Assembly (NCBI GenBank): GCA_964616815.1
Contig: CAZTTY010000009.1
Span: 23,735 to 55,734 of the forward strand
Source: an uncultured Gemmatimonadaceae bacterium
GTDB lineage: Bacteria > Gemmatimonadota > Gemmatimonadetes > Gemmatimonadales > Gemmatimonadaceae
Direction: 5' to 3'
Length of the DNA stretch: 32,000 nt
Below are positions 27,060-32,000 of this stretch, piece after piece. The notes beneath the pieces are model-generated. The model was not told the DNA's origin, did no database searches, and worked only from the letters and a program-made list of their open reading frames with translations. Within the stretch, counting starts at the first letter, position 1. Every line of letters starts with the position of its first letter. Made by a program: the position numbers and the translations under genes.

Positions 27060-27287
27060 TCAGAACGTGTAGCCCCGATCGATCCAGTAGTGCCAATCGG
27101 CGACAGCCATCCGCGTGTCGGGGCCGGTTTCGCGATCTGACAGTTGGGCGAGCGGAACCGCCAGCGAGCGGTCGCACCAATGAATCTGGACGAACATCTC
27201 GCACTCGCATTCGACTTCTGGCGCCATGGCGATTACGGTGATCACCTCACCCACTTCAGTGGTGAGATGGCATGTGCTGCGCGTCAT
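27060..27287 (-). CDS. Small conserved protein, probably N-terminally truncated (family often annotated 'calcium-binding protein')
   Basis: Contains ...GEVITVIAMAPEVECECEMFVQIHWCDRSLAVPLAQLSDRETGPDTRMAVADWHYWIDRGYTF. The EMFV-I-W-x-R-x-LAVPL-QL...DWHYW-x-RGY-F C-terminus is one I recall from longer homologues. The family name is from memory and unverified. The 5' end abuts the transposase remnant. Confidence 0.45.
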   Translation of the reverse strand: MTRSTCHLTTEVGEVITVIAMAPEVECECEMFVQIHWCDRSLAVPLAQLSDRETGPDTRMAVADWHYWIDRGYTF

Positions 27288-27300
27288 GGGTCACCGAGAC

Positions 27301-27546
27301 GACCGCCACTTCGTCAACTTCTACCGCATCTTGAACCGCGCTCGCTGGGATGTCCGGCGAGCAAGCCGTACCCTCCTCGGCCTCTTCTCTCTCGTCACTC
27401 TTCTGGCTTGCCGTCTTCCGACGTCCGAGCGCCGCGGTGCAAGAAGGGCAGCCTGGTACGAAAAGACAGTGCCGACCTTGAGCGACACACTTGCAGTCGT
27501 GCGACGGCGATCGTGGGCCTCGAAGAATTGCCCTCTTCCGGATTGA
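27301..27546 (+). pseudogene. Internally deleted DDE transposase remnant (IS701/IS4-superfamily-like)
   Basis: The frame reads ...RHFVNFYRILNRARWDVRRASRTLLGLFSLVTLLACRL...RRAAWYEKTVPTLSDTLAVVRRRSWA. The (F)xRVLNRARW motif is typical of the N-terminus of these transposases. LLGLFSLVTLLA...AWY-K-x-PT-SD-LA-VRR-LW is typical of the extreme C-terminus. The catalytic core of several hundred aa is missing. Confidence 0.55.
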
Positions 27547-27641
27547 CCAAGGAGACAGCATGTTCGGAGTGCGTAACACAAGCCTACCCACCTTCTTTAC
27601 GTCGCGTTAGACACTCACATAGTTCGTGTCGAGCCTCACTC

Positions 27642-28373
27642 ATGCAGCCAGACTTCTCGGAGCGGACGTTCGAGTTTTGCTACAACGCGGAGTTTGTACA
27701 CCGCCTTGGAGGGTTTCTCGCTGCGTACCCGCACCTCCCCAGCCTCCGGGCGGAGCGCGCGCTGGGTTATGATGTGCAGTTCCGTCTGCGAGCAGGGCGC
27801 TATCGGCGCTCACTATTCCTGCAACACAAGATCGCGCATTTCGGCGAGAACAGGCAGTGGAACAATACCGATTTCTACGACGCTCACGGCGGCCCGTATT
27901 ATCGGTTTCCGCTCGAAGATGATCAGCACAACGTACTGCTGCGAATCCGAGGACATCGGGGGGATGCGTTCTACTGCGCACCTCGTTTTCATCGGCGCAC
28001 CGACCTGAACCGGTACTTCCGGCAGCGCACGATCGTTCCAAATAGTTCCTGGTTCTGGCCGCAGAAGCTAGGCGTGCTCGCGGGCGGGCGACACCACATC
28101 AGCGTAGATCCGGCGGGGCGTCAAGCGTTCTATTACTCTGAACCTAAGCCGCTGGATGTGAGGTATTCGGGGGGTGATCGCCTTCCGGACCTCGAAGAGC
28201 ATGAGTTGAACGAGCAGTTCTTGCGATCGTTCACGGAGGAGCTGAGGGAGGAGTACGCGTATGTCAGCGGAAGGCGTCAGCTACCAGACGCCCTCGGCCG
28301 GGCTCGCGATATTGAGATTATTCAATACGTGCTATCTCAGGTTCTACGCACCAGTTGGATTATTCTCGAGTGA
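27642..28373 (+). CDS. Orphan hypothetical protein with possible PD-(D/E)xK-like nuclease motif
   Basis: Track ORF 27144..28373 trimmed to ATG 27642; the upstream part is read-through of the IS scar. 243 aa. Contains MQPDFSERTFEFCYNAEF...RAERALGYDVQFRLRAGRYRRSLFLQHKIAHF...YYRFPLEDDQHNVLL...DAFYCAPRFH. The spacing E38...D44...Q61-H-K63 resembles E/D...(E/Q)xK. The region is visibly more A+T-rich than its flanks. Confidence 0.6.
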   Translation: MQPDFSERTFEFCYNAEFVHRLGGFLAAYPHLPSLRAERALGYDVQFRLRAGRYRRSLFLQHKIAHFGENRQWNNTDFYDAHGGPYYRFPLEDDQHNVLLRIRGHRGDAFYCAPRFHRRTDLNRYFRQRTIVPNSSWFWPQKLGVLAGGRHHISVDPAGRQAFYYSEPKPLDVRYSGGDRLPDLEEHELNEQFLRSFTEELREEYAYVSGRRQLPDALGRARDIEIIQYVLSQVLRTSWIILE

Positions 28374-28674
28374 TGTGCACGAGGCGCCCGCGAGAGATAC
28401 CGTCAAGGCTCGTGGAGCATGCTGATCTGATTCATGGCGGGCCTGCCGGGTCGGAGAATGTGCCGTGATACCCGGGAGCGCACGGCTGCAGGCTGATTCT
28501 TCCGAGTCTTCGACTCGCTAGCCGCACTGTACTCCTGGCAATGACATTCACGGACATGGTATTGTTGCCGTGTGCCGATGAATTGGCGCCCATCCAGATG
28601 GTCACCATGCGCTTCGGTCGATGCGTGCACCTTACATCTCGACGAACATCGAGCCACACCAGCCACTTCCATCC

Positions 28675-29091
28675 ATGAAGCGAAGCCGCGTCCTGCTACA
28701 TGCTCTGTCCCTGATTCTGCTCGCCTGCAATGGCAGCACCGGGCCGCTCGATGTGGCTTCGACGTGCGAGCGACGAGCCGCGACGGGCGTCTACGGCTGT
28801 ACGATGGTAACCGGACTGATAAAGAACGACTCGGGCGGCGGGCAGCTGGGAGCACTCGTCACGGCGGTTCCCCTGGGCGAGCTCGTACCTGGCGCCGTAT
28901 TCCTGAGCGACACGGTCTCCACCGATGGCGCGGGGGCGTACTGGCTCTACGTACTCGTCAAGTCGCCGCCGGCGACTGACACGCTGGTGGATCCGGTAGA
29001 TGTCAGGTTGAGGGCCACTCTGGCCCCACCCGCGGGCTCTCCGGCTGGGACACCGGTCGTGTCGGCCGAGATCTTTGCCCCTCTACATTAA
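28675..29091 (+). CDS. Small hypothetical lipoprotein
   Basis: Track ORF trimmed to ATG 28675. Contains MKRSRVLLHALSLILLACNGS with a lipobox. The 3' end overlaps the convergent GMC oxidoreductase by 9 nt. Confidence 0.5.
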   Translation: MKRSRVLLHALSLILLACNGSTGPLDVASTCERRAATGVYGCTMVTGLIKNDSGGGQLGALVTAVPLGELVPGAVFLSDTVSTDGAGAYWLYVLVKSPPATDTLVDPVDVRLRATLAPPAGSPAGTPVVSAEIFAPLH

Positions 29092-30807
29092 AGACCCGAC
29101 CCCGTCGTTCACCTCCACCATCCTCGCCGCGAACCGCTCTGCCAGCGCCGCTATCGTGAGGCTCGGGTTCGCCCCCACCGGGCCCGGCATCACCGACCCG
29201 TCCGCCACGTACAGGCCCGGCACTCCGTACACTTCCCCCCATTCGTCGGTCATCCCCTCGTTCGCATCCCGCCCCATCGGACAGCCGCCGAGCGGATGCA
29301 CAGTGATCACCCGCTTGAAGAACCACATCGGGTTGTCCACGAACTTCCCGTCCCACGTGTCCACGATGTCGCGCATTGCGCCGCGCATCCGCTCGAAGTA
29401 CTGCGACGAGTTGCGGGTGCTCCAGTCGATGTCCAGCCACCCCTCCGAGAGCTGCATCTCGCCGTCGGGGGTGTCGCGCCCCATGCCGAGGAGCGGGAGC
29501 GAGTCCGACGACAGCTCGCATTCGCCCAGCAGGCGCGACATGTCGTCGCCGATCGAGCTGTCCGATGCGCCACCCATACGCGCTTTGATGCGCTGCCACG
29601 CGAAGTAGATGGCGCGCCGCGCGAAGCCCACTGTGTCGGTTGCCTCGGCGAGCCAGCCCATGAAGGCGGGGTAGCCCGCATCCTCCAGATACATCCCCCG
29701 CGCTCCGCGCAGCGATGGGTCGTCCAGCGCATCGGGATAGCGGATGGCGCTGGTGATCACCGGCCCGTTGGATGGCTCCAGCCGCCGGCCGCGTTCCACC
29801 CCGTCGCTGTTGTCGCGACAGCGGATGGCGAAGGAGAGCAGGTCGCCGTTGCCGCAGAAGCGCGTCCCCAGCAGCGGGTGCACTCCGCCGAACGCTTCGC
29901 GGTTGCGAAGCAGCAGGTACGTGGACCCGAAGGTGCCCGCCGCGATTATCAGTTTGCGGGTCGCGATGGTGGTGCGGGGGAGCTTGCCCACGTCGAGCGG
30001 CGTACCTTCGCGCTCGAGGTCGTGGCGCACGTAGCTCACGGTGAAGCCGCCCCCGCTCGCGCGCGGCGCTATCGCCTTCACTTCGCAGAGCGTGCGCAGC
30101 TCCGCGCCCGCGCGCTGCGCCGCCGAGAGATAGGTGTAGTCGAGTGTGTTCTTGCTCCCGGTGTTGCACCCGGCGTCGCACTCGCCGCAGAGTGTGCAGG
30201 TGAGCCGCGTGCGCCCGTGCAGGTTGCGGTGGGGCTCGCGGATCGGCTCGCCGGGCACCGGGGTCTCGCCTTCGTTCCCGAAGGTCACTGTGAGCGGCGG
30301 GAGCATCCAGTCGAGTCCGCGCGCCTTCGCCGCGTCGCGCATGGCGCGGGTCTTGGGGGTCTCGGAGTACGGCTGCTCGTGGAAGGGGAAGCGCTGCACG
30401 GCCAGCATCCGCTCCGCTTCATCATAGTGCGGATCCAGATCGGCGCGCGTCACGGGCCATGTCTCGTAGCCGCCGCGGTCGCGGTCGTGCACGAACCAGC
30501 GCTCGTCCTTGCGCAGCGCCACGTTCGCGTAGATGAGCGAGCCGCCGCCCAGGCCGCTCGACACCAGCCCCTCGAGCCCGCGGAACGACCAGACGTCGAA
30601 CATCCCGTAGGTGCCCTCCGAAGGGCTCCAGAAGTTGCGCGCGACTCCGCGCGGGCTGCGCGGGAAGGAGCCCGGCGGGTACGCCTTCCCGCGTTCGAGC
30701 AGACACACGCGCCACCCGGCCTGCGCCAACCGGCACGCCATCACGGAGCCGCCGAAGCCGGACCCCACTATCACGGCGTCGAAGTGTTCCCGGGTCTCTC
30801 CCTGCAT
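29083..30807 (-). CDS. GMC-family FAD-dependent oxidoreductase (cholesterol-oxidase-like)
   Basis: N-terminal Rossmann motif FDAVIVGSGFGGSVMACRLAQAGWRVCLLERG. Also GLGGGSLIYANV and C-terminal HPLGGCPMG...GLYVADGSVMPGPVGANPSLTIAALAER. Confidence 0.9.
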   Translation of the reverse strand: MQGETREHFDAVIVGSGFGGSVMACRLAQAGWRVCLLERGKAYPPGSFPRSPRGVARNFWSPSEGTYGMFDVWSFRGLEGLVSSGLGGGSLIYANVALRKDERWFVHDRDRGGYETWPVTRADLDPHYDEAERMLAVQRFPFHEQPYSETPKTRAMRDAAKARGLDWMLPPLTVTFGNEGETPVPGEPIREPHRNLHGRTRLTCTLCGECDAGCNTGSKNTLDYTYLSAAQRAGAELRTLCEVKAIAPRASGGGFTVSYVRHDLEREGTPLDVGKLPRTTIATRKLIIAAGTFGSTYLLLRNREAFGGVHPLLGTRFCGNGDLLSFAIRCRDNSDGVERGRRLEPSNGPVITSAIRYPDALDDPSLRGARGMYLEDAGYPAFMGWLAEATDTVGFARRAIYFAWQRIKARMGGASDSSIGDDMSRLLGECELSSDSLPLLGMGRDTPDGEMQLSEGWLDIDWSTRNSSQYFERMRGAMRDIVDTWDGKFVDNPMWFFKRVITVHPLGGCPMGRDANEGMTDEWGEVYGVPGLYVADGSVMPGPVGANPSLTIAALAERFAARMVEVNDGVGSLM

Positions 30808-30808
30808 C

Positions 30809-32000
30809 TCAGCTCCGTTTGATGGTGATGGGTGGTTCGATGAGCTCGGCCTCGGTGCCGTGCTCGCGCCGCGCCGAGCTCTCGTCGGGGATCCATTCCG
30901 GCGACTCGGGGCCGCCGGGATGTATGCGCCACGCTTTCCACACGCGACGGATGCCTACGGGGTAGATGGTCAGCCCGGCCGCATCCACTCTCATGCGGAG
31001 GAAGCTCTTCCAGTCGGGCGAGCGGAGCGACGAGAATGCCTCGTTGGTGTGCTGTCCGAAACCGTTGAGCGAGATCAGGAAGTAGACGCCCATGATGAAC
31101 GAGCCCACCACCCAGCCGAGCACGAAGATCAACGCTCCGGCCAGCAGCAGTTGCCTGATGCTCCCGAACGGGAGCCCCCAGCTCTGCACGGTCACTATGG
31201 TGGCCCACCATCCCAGCCCCAGCACGGCGGCGAGATGGGCGAGCGCGTGCAGCGTGCCCGCCACGTAGCGGAATGCGCGCGAGTGCGCTTCGGTGAAGAG
31301 GATGAAGCCGCCGCAGATGAGCGCCAGCCACATCACGGCGCTCTGGTTGTGCAGCAGCCCCGCGAGCGTCAGCCGCGCCACGTCGCCGTACTGCGGTATC
31401 CCGAGGGTGGAGACGTTGACGTTCACCGACCAGGCGAGCAGCAGATAAAGGAGCGCCGTGGTGATCCCGAACCACGGATTGATGAACGGGAAGAGCAGGT
31501 TGCGCCAGCAGAGGCGGCGCGACTCGCTCGCGCTCGGGAACGCTTTCCGCACGGTGTAGCCGCCGTGGAGTACGTCCACGTCGGGGCCGTGGGTGGGATG
31601 CAGGAACGCACCTCCCCCGCCGCAGGTGATCTTCTGCGCGCCATCATCGTCCTCGTGGCGGCGGTAGTGGTGCAGGTCGCCCGCGAGGTACACGGCGATC
31701 TTCCGGTTGAACACTCGCCGCTCGAGGAAGGCGAGGTTGCTCTCGTTGCAGTTGTCGTCGTGCTTGCCGTACGCCCTGGCGTACACCCAGTGCGGCTCGG
31801 CCACGCACAGCACGATCTGGTCGGTGGGCCCCATCCGCGATGCCACGCCGCGGAAGTAGGCGAGCTGCGCGGCGTCGATGTCGGAGTCGAGCTGCACGTC
31901 GGTGCCCACGAGCCACCAGCCGTGCGGGAGCTGGAGCGCGAAGTAGCTGGTGCGCTGCCTGGTGCGCCAGCCCGCGAACCAGCGTTCCGTGCAGAAAAGG
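30809..32000 (-). CDS. Metallophosphoesterase with C-terminal multi-pass membrane domain (partial; 5' end beyond right window edge)
   Basis: The frame stays open upstream of the track start: ...SYFALQLPHGWWLVGTDVQLDSDID.... Contains IVLCVAEPHW, AVYLAGDLHHYRRH and GGGGAFLHPTH (calcineurin-like phosphoesterase motifs), then hydrophobic helices. Its stop lies 1 nt before the GMC oxidoreductase ATG. Confidence 0.8.
   Translation of the reverse strand, partial: LFCTERWFAGWRTRQRTSYFALQLPHGWWLVGTDVQLDSDIDAAQLAYFRGVASRMGPTDQIVLCVAEPHWVYARAYGKHDDNCNESNLAFLERRVFNRKIAVYLAGDLHHYRRHEDDDGAQKITCGGGGAFLHPTHGPDVDVLHGGYTVRKAFPSASESRRLCWRNLLFPFINPWFGITTALLYLLLAWSVNVNVSTLGIPQYGDVARLTLAGLLHNQSAVMWLALICGGFILFTEAHSRAFRYVAGTLHALAHLAAVLGLGWWATIVTVQSWGLPFGSIRQLLLAGALIFVLGWVVGSFIMGVYFLISLNGFGQHTNEAFSSLRSPDWKSFLRMRVDAAGLTIYPVGIRRVWKAWRIHPGGPESPEWIPDESSARREHGTEAELIEPPITIKRS

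Noticed and set aside
27144-27641. First 166 codons of the 409-aa track ORF 27144..28373
   Set aside because: The open frame runs by chance across the IS scar. It overlaps the minus-strand small gene and the transposase remnant, which is in a different frame. Only the portion from ATG 27642 looks like a gene.
28403-28855. 150-aa minus-strand ORF and the 75-aa ORF at 28432..28659 in the spacer before the lipoprotein gene
   Set aside because: They are Arg/Ser/Cys-rich with no signal, Shine-Dalgarno or motif, and one overlaps the better-supported lipoprotein ORF. The spacer is left unannotated.
29296-30822. 508-aa plus-strand ORF
   Set aside because: It is antisense to the GMC oxidoreductase, which has a canonical GxGxxG FAD-binding motif. 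It has no motifs of its own and is Arg/Ala/Gly-rich.
1-32000. Search by eye for tRNA, rRNA, CRISPR arrays and integrase genes
   Set aside because: I found no GTTCGAATC-type T-arm motifs, no regularly spaced direct repeats beyond those reported, no rRNA-like conserved stretches and no integrase or recombinase ORF. Absence by eye is not proof; tRNAscan-SE, Infernal and a CRISPR finder should confirm it.

Overview
High-G+C bacterial chromosomal window. The gene content (a PadR regulator with a duplicated-FtsX 'ADOP'-type permease, and an ECF sigma/FecR/TonB-dependent transducer set) suggests Gemmatimonadota or Acidobacteriota; this is inference only. All family calls rest on motif recognition by eye; no searches were run.

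Gene order, left to right:
(1) a RES-domain toxin, truncated by the left edge, with a long Xre/ParS-type antitoxin (minus strand);
(2) an ECF sigma, FecR anti-sigma, STN-domain TonB-dependent transducer and S9 serine peptidase operon;
(3) a short decayed repeat region, then PadR and a 903-aa duplicated permease controlled by tandem palindromic operators;
(4) three exported or lipoprotein genes, including a TolB-like beta-propeller;
(5) an NRDE-family gene divergent from a ferritin gene across a long structured spacer;
(6) a roughly 10.2-kb accessory segment (about 18.48-28.68 kb) bracketed by an 11-bp direct repeat;
(7) a small lipoprotein, a GMC oxidoreductase and a membrane-anchored metallophosphoesterase that runs off the right edge.

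The accessory segment carries an AbiEi/AbiEii toxin-antitoxin pair, a divergently transcribed complete type I Wadjet operon (jetABCD), an IS scar and an orphan nuclease-like ORF. The abiEi and jetA starts share a 189-bp control region that holds two near-identical 33-bp perfect palindromes.

I saw no rRNA, tRNA or CRISPR array. Many long ORFs in the track are antisense or alternative-frame artefacts of the high G+C content.
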